Shown here: in pieces, positions 39,190-51,885 of the stretch | How positions within the stretch are numbered: the stretch's first letter is position 1 | How the letters are laid out: the number at the start of each line of letters is the position of its first letter | Source: Anthoceros angustus | Taxonomy: Eukaryota; Plantae; Anthocerotophyta | Direction: 5' to 3' | Assembly: GCA_010909165.1 (NCBI GenBank) | Contig: VJWM01000118.1 | Location: 372,001-436,000 of the forward strand | DNA: 64,000 nt | Notes under the pieces: model-generated | Databases searched by the model: none | Told to the model about the DNA's origin: nothing | What the model saw: the letters and a program-made list of their open reading frames with translations, nothing else | Program-made: the position numbers and the translations under genes

Positions 39190-40460
39190 TTTAGCCAAGC
39201 TGCTTGATCATTCCGAAGTGCCTTCCTTCAAGAATCATGGCTTGAGGATGTCTCCAAACATCCCACGGACTCACGACATGTCCTTCTTCATGATCATCTA
39301 TCCTGGCCATGAGTGCCATGAAGCTGCTGGGTGCACCATCTACGTGCCCCTCATCCTGTCGAGCTCCTGTGACATCCTTGTCACTTTCCAGCGGATTTCT
39401 GCTTAGCCCATCTGCATTGTGATGTACCTTGCCTGCCCTGTGCACGATCTCCATATCGTACTCAGACCAGCGCCCACCTGGCTAGCTTACCACTCAACTT
39501 CATGTTGGTCATCAGCCAATGAAGTGGCTGGTGATCTGTGACCAGTTGAAAACGCCTTCCATACAGATAGACCACGAAATGCGACGCCCATACCGGAAGA
39601 CACTCTCCCTCATATGAGGAGTAGTTCACTTGAGTTGTTAGATCGGCTTGCATAAGCTATCACTCGCTCAACACCATCTCGCACCATGTTGTGACAACAC
39701 CGCTCCAATTCCAGTGCTCCGATGCGTATCGGTGAAAGGGTGATCAAAATTCGGCCGATAGGCTTCTCCGCCGGGTCCGAAGATCTTGCCAAGCCAACTC
39801 CGGTCTTGGTCCCATTTCCACAATGTCTTTCTTCAGCTCATACAGAGGTTTACACGTGGGCCGATCCTTCATAAACCTCTGTAATAGTTCACCAAACCGG
39901 AAGGCTCTAAGAGCGGCTACATCCTTTGGTCTAGGCATTTGCATCACGGCTGCACCTTAGCCACCGAGGCATGATGCCTCTACTATCTCATGCCCCGGAT
40001 ACTCGATCTGGAAAGCAAACTTGCATTTCTTAGGATGAGCTTTCAAACCCGAGCGACCTCAGCAATATCTCTAGATGCTCCATATGTTCTTGATTGTCTC
40101 ACAAGACCGGATATCATCTATGTAGCAACGCACAAATGGCGACCCTGCTCTAGATCCGCAATTCTTTGGAAATATATAGAAGCATTTTTCAGCCCAAACG
40201 GCATTGTCTCCCACTCCCAAAGCTGGTCCTTCCCCAGTGTCTTGCACTTGTCCTGCTCTTCAATCACAATTTGGTTGAAGCTCGAGCGGAAGTCCAAGCT
40301 GGTAAAGAACTTTGCCTTACCTATGGCATCGAAAATCTCGTCTGGAGTAGGCATGGGGTACCGCTCCATAGGAGTCACCTCGTTTAGAGGTCGGTAGTCG
40401 CCACACATCCTCCTGTCCTTCCATTCACCGTTCTCATCCTTCTTGAGCGGTAGGACAACA
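39190..40460 (-). pseudogene. reverse transcriptase and RNase H (frameshifted)
   Basis: MCGDYRPLN, RYPMPTPDEIFD, TMPFGLKNA, YIDD at 40113-40124. RNase H: VIAYASRS, NYSSYEGECL, LVTDHQPL, KLARWAL, IVHRAGKVHHNADGLSR. Confidence 0.9.
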
Positions 40461-40839
40461 AAGATATTGAGAGCTTGATTTTCTTATCAACCCGCTTGAA
40501 CAACTCTTGACGCGTTTGTCAACAATCTCCCATTCTCGAGGCGGTGCCTCAAGACGGGCTCTTCATGAGTCGTCACTACTTTGAACTTGATCTTCTCATG
40601 ACCTCCTTCCAACCGAATGCAAAAGCACCCTTGTTTTTCTCAAGCATGTTGATGATTTTCGCTTATCTTCCGGGCTCACATCTTACGCAATGTGCCATAC
40701 ATGAACCTCTTCGTCACACTCTTGGTAGCGATCCACAGGCCATGTCAATCTCTCCAGCAGCCTCATCTTCCTCGCCTTAGGAACCTCTTTATCCTGCGTA
40801 GTTGGAGGAAGGCTTTCGCTTCCTTCGCCAGTTGGAACG

Positions 40840-41720
40840 CCAAGCTGGCTTACACCACCACCGCAGTCAAATGCCTCCCAAGCATCCCGCACCTTGCAGA
40901 TTCTGTGATGCCCATGGTCTGAGTGTCCTTCTTGGCAAAGCCCATCGCTTGCTCGCGTTCCTCAACATTGAGCTCTCCAAGCTCATTCCCTTTCAAATCC
41001 AGAATCACACCATCTCCTCCTGGTCTGAAGGCATAAGATTGCGGTGTGCTCACCAGAGTTGGCCATGCCCTTCTGGCTTCCCCTACTCGATTCACAGGGT
41101 AAAATGGCAACTTGTCCATCCGCTTCACCTGTTGTGAGCACCTTCCCAACTCTAGGATGTCATCCACGACCTTCCGCTTCGGAGTTGTCAAATTCCTGTG
41201 CTGTCTGAGCACCTCCAGTCCAGCCACATTTGTCCAGTAACTGCGAAGCCTGTGTGCATATGAGCCACACTGCACCGCGTCCATGATCAACTCATTGCTG
41301 AACCACGCCCGAATCTCTTCATGGGCCCTAACGGACGTTTGTCCATGGTGCACACATTCTCTAAATGTACCAACATCGTGGATTCGCAATCTGGACTTCT
41401 CGCGTGATTCGCGAGCTCGCCGCCAACGAAACGCCTTCACCTTTGCCTCGCCGTCGAAAATGTCTTGCATTCCCATCCCGCGATCGATATCCACGGGCTT
41501 GACAAGGCTTCTAGCCGCCGCTTCCCAACCAGTTCACGTCAGGCAGCACCTCGACAATCGCTCGCTCGAGTGTTGGATATCGCTTAACTCGAGGATTCGA
41601 CCCCTAGCGGCCTCGAATCTTCTCATCCTTTTCCACGCAGTATATTGCCGTATCTTGACGCCACACCGACCGCTTGCCATCACGATTCGGCGAGCTCCAA
41701 CAAATGGATGCCTTGACCCA
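40840..41720 (-). pseudogene. C5-cytosine DNA methyltransferase catalytic domain inside pol (frameshifted)
   Basis: Motifs in canonical order: I/II LLEL...GVKIRQYTA (41637-41703); IV IAGWEC.TFSTA (41462-41484); VI LENV (41353-41361); VIII DAVQCGSYAHRLRSYWTN (41228-41257); IX EEREQAMGF (40937-40960); X MLG..AFD (~40860-40890). Confidence 0.82.
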
Positions 41721-42059
41721 CCTTCCATCGTACTAGAGCATCGTCGCGTCGATCTCCGACTTGCGGGCCTCATACCGGATCGACCTCTCGGGACATGTGT
41801 CCGTGAGATTCCACGGTCGATCCTCCTTCCTTCGCGGTCTCGAACCCTCGCTTGATCCAAATATTCGAGGCGACAACCTTAAGCACACCCTTCCGCTCTC
41901 TTGGCTTGGCATTCCGAGAGGATAACTCTGCGTTTCCTCCCACATCTCATGTCGATGCTCTCACTCAATCATGGCGCATGCCCGTCATCCTCGCCCCGCT
42001 CTTGCCACCACTCCTATTCATCCTTAGAGGAATTCGTGCAACATGCGTGAAATCTCCTC

Positions 42060-45000
42060 CACCGAATGGTCTAGAAAGCTTGTGCAAGGGATCAACCCCA
42101 TGGCGGCGGTGAGTGTCCGACCCCAGAAGACATCATATGTCTTTGCACCGGTGACCAAACATCTCACTTCAACGATCGCATCCTTCGTGCTGCTTCAATT
42201 CAATCTTCACGGGCCTCCTCGTCATTCCAGTACATTCCTTGGTACTGAGGTGGTGATGTTCACGTCGCTGAACGAGCTTGTGTCCATCTGACTTTAGTGC
42301 CTCCCGCACGCGTGCTAGGACGGATCCGCCCGGTTCGTTTGCATCGGAGCATAGCCATCAAAGGTCACCGTCCGTGTTCAATCATGGCAACACCTCCTTC
42401 ACCTCGCTCCTCCGGCATCGATGCTCGCCACACAACCCCATACTAGGAAGAGATCCTGCGGATTCAAGCTCCTTTCTCAGCCATTCTCGCATGATGTTTT
42501 GAAGTTGTTGCCCTTCACTCCCGGATCCACAAGACTTCTGCAGGCACCTCCATGGCCTTGTCGAACGCCTCAATGTCTCGACCGATCTTGACACCTTCGT
42601 GTCGTGGAGTTTTCCTCGACCGGAAACTCTCGGCATCTTGGTCAATTCCCGTTCTCGCACTTCCTTCGCAGTGACGCCTTCACCAAAGTCAACAATTTTT
42701 CTTTTCTTGCGCACCGCCATCATGCCAAACGCCTCATCTTCATCAGAGTCAGAGAACAAAATCCTCTGCTCTGTTCTGCTGGCCATGTTGGCCATCTCCT
42801 TCTTGAGCTCCTCCACTTGCCCGAGGAGAGCCTTACGACTTGGGCCCTTGCCCTTCTCCTCACTGATGCAAGCTTGGGCTTCAGCTCTGGATGAGCTTCC
42901 CAACAGCCTCCATGTGACCCCATCGCCACAAGACTTACAGGCTTCCTTGCCCTTCGGACGCTTGTAGTCGCATTCAACGCCTTTGAGCGCTCCAGATCCG
43001 CCACACTTCACACCGCTTGACTGCATTGTTAGGCCTCCTTCGCACATGTGGTGCTTGCCATGTCCCGAGGATCGTGGCTTGATATCTTGGAACAAACTCG
43101 AATTCCGTGTCCTCGGACCGCCGCGAAGGGCCCTTCACGACTCCGTGATCCTCCAAGTAAGCTGGCCATCGCATCTCCTTTGAGCACCTTCTCGAATTTG
43201 ATAGGCGTCTATCAACGATATCTCTCTCCCATCGCTCCATGCGTGAGTCCATCACCTTCCTTCTTTGTCCGGCAATGCATGCCATGAAGATCTCAGCCTC
43301 CCTCATCGTCTCACATCCGTGTCTTCCACCGTAACCTTCAATCGAGGTAAGATGCACGCAATGTCTCGTTAGGCTGAGAAAACCTCGACAATTCCTCGGA
43401 TCTTTTCCGGTGGAAACATGGTGGTTAACTTGGCGAACATCAAGTCCACGGATGCTCGAGCTTGTCCTCGTCATTCCCGACTGTTCCTTGGTACTGCAGG
43501 TGGTGATGTTCACGTCGCTCGGAGCGAGCTTGTGTCCTGACTTTAGTGCCTCCTCCTGCACTCGTGCTCCCGATGACGGATCCGCTCCGGTGTCTACAAT
43601 CGTTCTTTGGAGCATAGCCATCAAAGGTCACGTCGTCCGTGTTGTCAATCATGGCAACACCTCCTTCACCTCCTCTGCATCGGATGCTCGCCACACAAGC
43701 GGCCATACTAGGAAGAGATCCTGCAGTTCAAGCTCCTTTCTCAATTCGCATGATGTTTTGAAGTTGTTGCCCTTCACTCCCGGATCCACAAGACTTCTGC
43801 AGGCACCTCCATGGCCTTGTCCAAAATGCCTCAACGTCTCGACGATCTTGACACCTTCGTATGTGGAGTTTTCCTCGACGGAAACTCTCGGCATCTTGGT
43901 CGATTCCGTTCGGCACTCCCTTCGCGATGGCGCCTTCACCAAAGTCAACACCTTTTCTTTTCTTGCGCGCCATCATGCCAAACGCCTCATCTTCATCAGT
44001 CGAGAGAACAAAATCCTGCCGCTCATTACGGCCATGTTGGCCATCTCCTTCTTGAGCTCCTCCACTTGCCCGAGGAGAGCCTTACGACTTGGGCCCTTGC
44101 CCTTCTCCTCTTCTCGGTGATGCGCTTGGGCTTCACTGGATGAGCTTCCCAACCGCAGCCTCCATGTGACCCCATCGCCACAAGACTTACAGCTTCTTGC
44201 CCGGACCACGGCTTGTAGTCGCATTGAGCTTGCGCTCCGGCATCGCCACACTTCACATTGCTTGACTGCATTGTTAGGCCTCTCCTTGGCACATGTGGTT
44301 GCTTGCCATGTATCGAGGCTTGCTCCGATCTTGGTACCTTGGAACAAACAATTCCGTGTCCTCCGGACCGTCTTTGCGAAGGGCCCTTCACGACTCCGTG
44401 ATCCTCCAAGTAAGCAGCTTCGCATCTCCTTTGAGCACCTTCTCGGCAATTTGATAGGCGTCTATCAAGCGATATCTCTCTCCCATCGCTCCATGCGTGA
44501 GTCCATCACCTTCCTTCTTTGTCGCGGCAATGCGCCATGAAGATCTCAGCCTCCCTCATCGTCTCACATCCGTGTCTTCCACCGTAACCTTCAATCGAGG
44601 TAAGATGCACGCAATGTCTCTCAAAGAAAACCTCGACAATTCTCGGATCTTTTCCGGTGGAAACATGGTGGTTAACTTGGCGAACATCAAGTCCACGGAT
44701 GCTCGAGCTTGTCCTCGTCAGGGGGTGCAGAACCAGCCCTCTTGGCCGCCTGCACGCTTCTCTTCTCGGCAATTTGATAGGCGTCTATCAACTGATATTT
44801 CTCTCCCATCGCTCCATGTAGCGAGTCCATCACCTTCCTTCTCTGTCTGGCAGGCAATGCTGCCATGAAGATCTCAGCGGCCTCCCTCATTGTCTTGACA
44901 TCCGTGTCTTCCACCAGAACCTTCAATCTGAGGTAAGACGCACGCAATGTCTCGTTAGGCCTGAAGGAAAATCTCGATAGTTCTTGGATCTTTTCCAACG

Positions 45001-45480
45001 AAGCTGTAGGAAACATGATGGTTAGCTTGGCGAACATCAAGTCCACCAGATGCTCGAGCTTGTCCTCGTCAGTGGGGAGTGCAGTCGAACCAGCCCTCTT
45101 GGCGCCTCGTGCAGCTTCTCTTCTCTCGGCCACCTTCGGGATCCCAGCCTCATCTCGTAATAATACATTAGAGCCTCACCGCAAGGTAGGATGACATCTT
45201 CATGAACGCCATCCTCCGAGTGAACTCGTCCTTGTATTTCATCTTGTTTTCCGCCATTGCCCAACGAAACTTCTCCTCGAAATGCAAGAGACATGCTTCC
45301 ATGTTTTCCGTGAAGACATCGTTCTTACTTGGTGTGAACTCAAGCTCCATTCTTGCAGACTCTCGCTCCAATCGCCGAACTGCTCTGTGATCGCGTCTCT
45401 GTATTGTTCGGTGTCCTCTTGAATGGCGAGTAGTAGACGCCACTTCTCCGATTGAAGCAGTGTCCTTTCGTCACCCACCC
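42060..45480 (-). pseudogene. gag and aspartic protease, in 2-3 partial tandem copies
   Basis: Gag helix region LVDLMFAKLTIMFPTASLEKIQELSRF. Zinc-knuckle remnant CKSCGDG.HMEAA near 44150-44200. Protease TIVDTGAD at 43579-43603, and C-terminal VRCLVTGAKTYDV at ~42125-42170. 42240-43420 resembles 43480-44700. Confidence 0.75.
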
Positions 45481-45861
45481 CGATCTCGTGAACACCATCA
45501 ATGGTTACTTCTCCCGACCACCGCACGGATGTTGTCAAAGGCAAATTGTTCCACCGTTAGCCCAACCAGCTAGCCGAAAAGTACATCCACCGCCTCTATC
45601 CACAAACGGCTCACGTATGCGGGCTCTTCTCCGCATACCGCTAACTCGAATCGTGAGACTACCACACCTAAGCTGTATAATCAATGGCGAATTCGCCCAT
45701 CGAAAAACATCAGCCTATCTCTTGTGCCTTCGCAACACTCAACCTTCTCGGATCGCTGCCTCCGGTTGGATGGTGGACGACTTCCGCCTCTTCCTCCAAT
45801 CTCCGGTAGCCACGTCTCCTCCGATCAGTATCTTAGTCCCCAACAAGAGGATTGTTGATGT

Positions 45862-46491
45862 GGTGAAATCAAGATGGAAAATTCTCCCAACCCGACAATG
45901 CAACGAACCACAAGAACCTCTAGGAGACAAAGACACTAGGACGAAGTATATGGCTGTCTATTAGAACAAGACAAACATCAACAATCCAAGAATCCATGGT
46001 GGGTGCCTACATATATAGGCAAAACCCCAGAGTTCTCGATGAAGTGTCATATCGATGGTGGGCACTTTATAATCCTACTTTCCTTGGCCTTCAAATAATA
46101 ATATTTTATGTGTTTAACAGCCTATTCGCCTTTTCCTTGATTTATGATTTTATGTATTTTCTAATATAAATCTATATATGCGTCATAGCACGCGCCTTAC
46201 ATGCATAATCATGCATATAGATTGCATGCGCCATGACACATCACCGCCACATGTCCACATCACATGTCATCCTTCACCTCCATACGATGCATACATGGCA
46301 CACATGCATACATGGCATACATGTCATGTGCAGGCCATCCATGGGCCATGTACATGACATCATCAAGCACTTCAAAAGATCGTGGCTTATGCGAGATGCT
46401 CCAACAAGATCTCATTTCAAAAGATCGTGGCTTATGCCGGGATGCTCCACAAGATCCAAATATAGAGTCTTAGGTGCTCTGTTTCCCATAC
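45862..46491 (-). repeat. LTR-like direct repeat (5' copy)
   Basis: Partner of 33679-34291. The terminal TG is mutated to CG and no convincing PBS was found. Confidence 0.7.
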
Positions 46492-46622
46492 GAATGAAGC
46501 AGCGGACCCTTATTCCAAGCCCTATTGTTGCAAACAACGTTCTAGGGCCTTTCTCTCATACATGGTCTCCTGCAGTCTTCTCATGGCAATCTCATCCACT
46601 TGCAACTTTTTGCAAAGCTGAT

Positions 46623-47150
46623 TCAATTTAACCGCTCAACATGGATGACAGATCGCACAAACTGAGCATAAGAGGGAGGTAAACTCATTAGCAAAGTATC
46701 TACCATGAGATCTTCATAGAGCTTATTGCTTGCATAGGAGGCCTGCAACTCACTTATAATAGGACCAGATTCAAAAAGATGCTTGTTAATATAATCATCT
46801 TCTTGCATCTTGAGGGACATAAGCTTACAGTAAAAGAATTTTAGGCACTATGCTACTCGTTCATTGCAACCAGGGCAGTGTGAGCTCTTCCGCGCAAGAC
46901 CATCCTCTAGATAAAGATAAAAGATAGTCCAGGCTTAGCTTGAGATCTTCTCCTCCATCACTATACAAATTTGATTTTGCTTGAGATTGATGAGGATCTT
47001 AAAAGCTGTGCGATCCTTAAGAATCTATACATCATGCTCGGGGAAAACTTCACCTCTATTGACGATGGATCATAAGGGTCCCAAAATGAACATCATCTGA
47101 AACTTCAATAGCTGGAAGTTTTCACCATTATATTTAAGGTGATCTCCACA
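46623..47150 (-). mobile_element. Ty1/copia gag remnant
   Basis: KYNGENFQLLKFQMMF, and SLKMQEDDYINKH...EDLMVDTLLMSLPPSYAQF (UBN2-type copia gag pattern). Confidence 0.6.
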
Positions 47151-48540
47151 ATAGAGACTTGTCCATCTCATGATCAGTTTCGACATTAGAAATATGATAA
47201 AGAGAACACAAAATCATATCCAACTTAGAATCATGCATGACATCAGCCCTCCTCATGGTTGGCGTGCAAGGGAATACAATACCCTTCTCTTATATCAAAG
47301 TATAGACATCAGCTATGTAGTTGGCAGTCATCAACAAACATATGCCATTAGCTAGCAGTCATCACAAGCACCTTGGGCATCAACTTGCAATCACCAAAGC
47401 ATATCTGGTATCAGCTTGCGGCTAGCATGACATATCGATCTCAATGCAAATAATATATTGACTATCACAGTTCCACAATTATCCAAAACTAACAACAATA
47501 ATCAGGATACAATAAATTAAAAGAAGGGGCATATCATCGAAGGGGCATACCACAAGATTACAAGTAATTACTAGACTAATCAAGCCCTCCCATCATCACC
47601 TTCAGAAGAAGAATTATGCCCTCTCATCAAATCTTATTCTTACTTAGAGGCACATGCAACCCCTTACTGATACAACAATTGTTATACGACACGCTTGCGG
47701 CCTCGCTCAGAGTCTAGCCATCACTTTGTAAACTTGATATTTACTACACAACTTCTCGATCTTTAATGATGATGCAAGCAGGTTGTTGACAAGAGCTTCT
47801 TGCTCTTGTCTTCATCCAAGTGGAACACAAGGAGGAAGAGAATAAAAAGCAACTACTCAGTCTGCCACCGCCGCTCACACATGTCCAACCTATAAACACC
47901 ACTAACCAACCAAACACTCATTCCCAATCAATCATGATCATGAGCAAGGGTAAGGAAGGCGTGTGGATAAGACAACTTCGCACATTGGTAAGTTGTGACG
48001 AGGAGCCTCCACAGTCAAATGGCACCCCTGATAGATAGATTTCCTATACTGCATCGTATAAATGCAAGCTGCCTAACATAGCCAGGTCATTTCAAGCGTA
48101 GCCTTTGTTCAGAGATAAATTTGAAGTGGAAGGATTTTCAAAAGTTGAGACCATAAGTCTCCTATTCCATAAACAGCCCCCATGTGAAAGAGATCCAGCA
48201 TATGCTCAGCCCTCCGTGGTATCAGTATATCACATTTGAAGAATGTGATATACTACACACACCACTTGCGGGCAAGTAAAACGTTCTTCACCATAATTTT
48301 GTCCAAGGAAGTTTAGAACATCAATTTGCAATCCGTGCTTGGTCGTGCCATTGGTATGGATAGGCGTGTGATCCATTTAGCATTGACAGACAGTCATTCT
48401 CTAGTGCAGGTTGTGTCACATCTTTTTGGGGAGGAGGGGAGTCGGGGAGGCGGGGGAGGCGGTATGTCGTTGTTTAGATGTGTTGTCCACACAAGTGCAA
48501 GATGCCATGAAGCAATTTTGGGAGCTCGCGAGCCGGCCGT

Positions 48541-48840
48541 CCTCATAGTGGAGGGAGGTGTGGGTCTTAGTGCACGGTGGTGAGCCTCACAATGGATGGT
48601 GGTCTACCTCATAGTGGCTCTAAGTGCATGGTGGCCTCCCTCATAGAGGATTCTTGTCTATCTCTTAGTGGAAGCTAGTCTGCCTCTTACAAGTGGTAGG
48701 TGCATGGTGTGCCTCTAACTGAAAGATGGTCTGCCTCTAAGTGGAGGGTGGTGTGTCTCATAGTGGAGGGTGGTGTGCTTTTACTGGCGATAGGGGGGCC
48801 TACTAGTGCATAGTGGTGGCCCTCATAGTGGAGTTTAGAA
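48541..48840. repeat. degenerate short tandem repeats
   Basis: CCTCATAGTGG core recurs ~7 times. Confidence 0.7.
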
Positions 48841-49019
48841 CTGGTGGCCATCAATTGCCTCACATTGCCTCAACTGGGCACATTAAGTCTTCTTTTGGGC
48901 TCGAATGCATGGGCTGTGGGTTCGCAAATCACTGAAAACATTGAAATGAAACATGTGCATTTCTGGATGGTTGGGGCCAAAATGGGGTTCAGAGACAAAC
49001 CCCTATGCTGAGAGACACT

Positions 49020-49520
49020 GTTTACCCTTTTTGTGCAGCATTGCTTGAGTCTCCATTGGCAGTGGATGTAGGAATCTGGGTTTCTAAGGCCTCGAGAATA
49101 CTGGGTATGGTCAGATGGTGCAGCGCCCCAGTTCAAGGCATGCCAACCATCGTACTATGTGGTGAGGTATCCAACCATAACAGGGGGATGCAACATGTTA
49201 TGGTCCTATTTTGGTAGTGGCCATGTGAAGGGGGAACACAATGGAACTTGAGCCATGTTGAAGCGCGCTCTTCGTACGCAAGAGTCTCAGCCTGGAGCAC
49301 TGCGAATGGGGAATGCTGCAGATGTTATTGCATTCCTTTGCTGCACAATATCTGGAGGAGAAGCACCATCCTATCCCAGTGCAGTGCATGGAGTGCATCG
49401 TACGTTCTAGCTTGTTGGGCCCAATGATGTCAATCGCCGAGTAAAATGGGCTTGTGATGCCATTCCAGGCTCCAAGAGTTGCCATAACATTTATAGCTAT
49501 GATGCTGCTAGATATGCAAT
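49020..49520 (+). pseudogene. DD-type transposase remnant, Sola-like
   Basis: FVQHCLSLHWQWM, then in one frame EYWVWSDGAAPQFK...LWSYFGSGHVKGEHNGT*AMLKRALR, then WACDAIPGSKSCHNI. Confidence 0.6.
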
Positions 49521-49749
49521 GCAAGAGTGTTGTGAGGAGGCCAAAGCTATGACTTCGAGAGCACTGTGTGAGGAATTTGCGTGTTGTTCTCGCGGGGAGA
49601 GTGTGTTTGTGCCACGAGCGCGAGCTACTCTCTCCTATTGTTATTAATTTGCACATATATCTGCATATTATATTTGTTTTGCTTGGTTGTTTGTTGAGGA
49701 AGTGCTTATATGAATTCAAGTGCTTACCTCGTGCGATACCAGCCAATAT

Positions 49750-49859
49750 TCGATCAGCCTCTAGCCCCTCACCTCTTTATTTCTCACACGGTGGTTGCCC
49801 AAAGTCGATCAGCCTCTAGCCCCTCACCTCTTTATTTCTCACACGGTGGTTGCCCAAAG
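49750..49859. repeat. 55-bp tandem duplication
   Basis: TCGATCAGCCTCTAGCCCC...GCCCAAAG x2. Confidence 0.95.
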
Positions 49860-50169
49860 TCGATCCGCAGTCTGGAGGCGTCAAACCTCCCACACATCAA
49901 GTTCGCGATTCTAGCCAAAGTGGTTCAAGCAAACAACAGCCTTTCCATCTCGCACCGACCCCTAGCTTCTGTTCTCGTCACAGCTACCAACAGCTGCCTT
50001 TCCATCCCGCACCGCCTCCCAGCATCTGTGTGGAACGCCAAATTTTGGGTCCACGGTTGGAAGAGGGGCGGATGCCTCTTAGTTTTGTTCATATTAGTTA
50101 GGTTTTATTTTTCTTTTTTTTCTTTTTCTCACCAATGTAACATCGACGGAAGACAAAGAACAAGGAGTG

Positions 50170-51550
50170 GCAAGTGGAGAAGGACAGATTTGCAGCCTCC
50201 TCGAATCGGACGGATGTAAAGGAGGAAAACAGATTCAAAACGGGTCCAACAGAAGGACGGAGGTCCGGACAGGAGGTCCGGGAAAGTTTACGCGCGAGAG
50301 GAAGGTTCGCGGAAGGCCGAACCTGCCAAGAAGGAGGGCTGGTGCGGCCTAGTGGCGGCGCTGTGTCACGCCCAGTTCGCATACCGACATGCAATGGGAG
50401 TAAAGTCCTTACTCCACCGGAAGACGCGAGAAGGGTCTTCGCGAAGGCGGATGTGCACGCAATTTGCCGAGCGAGCTTGAGGTGGTGCGCGAAATGTGCA
50501 GCAAAGGAGGAAGAGGCGCAAAGACAAGGAGGGAGCGATGCATGCATATATAGAGAAATCGCCCTGGCGCTGGAGGAAGAAATCAGCGCCGCCCTTGGCC
50601 TTCGTGGTTGAGGAATTCCAAACGTCCGGGGGAAGGTCCTTGGCCTTCTGGACAGGGAAATTTCGTCCTTGGCCTTTGGGGTGTGGAAAATCCTTCCTCA
50701 CCCTATATATGTAAGTAGAGGGGAGGCCGAGCCGCCAAGCCAAGAATGAAGAACTGGAGGCCAAACTCAAGGAGCCGGAGGGAGGACAGCCACATGGAGT
50801 AAGGAGCGTGAGGAGCTCATGAAGCAAGCAACGGAGGTCGACCAACGGTGGAAGGAAGAGGTAGCCCACCGAGGAAAATGATGCATCGCATCGGTCGTCG
50901 AAGCAACGCCAGCTGATTATGCATGGCGAAGGGATACCGGAGGCATGGAAGAGAGATGCCGAGAATGTCATGCCTTCGCTTGAGTGAGGTGACGCTTGAG
51001 AGGGATGCGCTATGGCAGTAAGATAGCCTCGTGAGAGTGGCCTCGAGGAATTTGATGAGATTTGTTTGAAGGGCCGGAGATGCAGTCCACTTACATGCTA
51101 GGGTCAACAAGTTCGCCAAGGAGATGCGCCCCTTGTTGACAAGGAAGTTGTTGGGTCCCCACGATGACGACAGGAAGATTTTGGAAGAATTGCACCCTCA
51201 ACTTCGAGATCTGTGGACTTGGAGAGTGAAATGGATGCGTAAGGCTCAATGTGGGAGGAGCCAATGGAAGAGGAAGAGATTTCCAGCAGTAGAGTTGGTG
51301 GGGTGTCGCGGGATGTGAGCCGCACCAACACCCAACCGCCTGGAGGTAATTGCGGCATGATGGCTACAGAGAGGCCAAGGCTCTACAAGAGCGCCTGCAA
51401 GAGGGGTGGCGTTCAGTGCCTCAGCAGTCAACATCGAGGCAGTGTGGAGGTTCTGCCGACGACGAGTGAAGAGATCCTGGGACACCCCAAGCCAAGAGGA
51501 GGAAGACGGTGGTTGGGCGCCGCCATGCCAACACCCAAGAAGAAGTAGGC
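50170..51550 (+). pseudogene. decayed TE-like ORF with coiled-coil composition
   Basis: Overlapping E/R/K-rich ORF fragments in shifting frames; no named domain recognised. Confidence 0.3.
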
Positions 51551-51588
51551 AAATAGTTGGTAGGGGAGTGAATGGGTCATTAAGACCC

Positions 51589-51885
51589 TAGGGGTTAGTG
51601 GGATTGTTAGAGGTAGGTTAAGAACCTTTAAGAGGCCACCTACTTAAAATCAGGCAACCCCACCCCACCACTTAATTAATGCTAGTTAGTGGATTGTTAG
51701 AGGTAGGTTAAGAACCTTTAAGAGGCCACCTACTTAAAACCAAGCAACCCCACCTACCCCACCACTTAATTAATGCTAGGGGTTAGTGGGATTGTTAGGA
51801 GGTAGGTTAAGAACCTTTAAGAGGCCACCTACTTAAAACCATAAGCAACCCCACCTACCCCACCACTTAATTAATGCTAGGGGTT
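51589..51885. repeat. ~92-97-bp tandem repeat x3
   Basis: GGGGTTAGTGGGATTGTTAGAGGTAGGTTAAGAACCTTTAAGAGGCCACCTACTTAAAA...CCCCACCACTTAATTAATGCTA. Confidence 0.9.

Larger units (their letters stand above)
33679..46491 (-). mobile_element. Ty3/gypsy LTR retrotransposon: gag-PR-[C5 DNA methyltransferase]-RT-RNaseH-INT-PHD-extension, rearranged and frameshifted
   Basis: Direct repeats 33679-34291 and 45862-46491. Domains in gypsy order on the minus strand; see the sub-features. Confidence 0.85.

Noticed and set aside
33679-46491. DIRS/tyrosine-recombinase identity for the MTase element
   Set aside because: It has an aspartic protease and a DDE-type integrase in gypsy order. The MTase motifs are C5-cytosine type, not the adenine-MTase type of DIRS.
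47406-47415. TGGTATCAGC as a tRNA-iMet PBS
   Set aside because: It is on the opposite strand to the copia gag remnant and has no adjacent LTR end.
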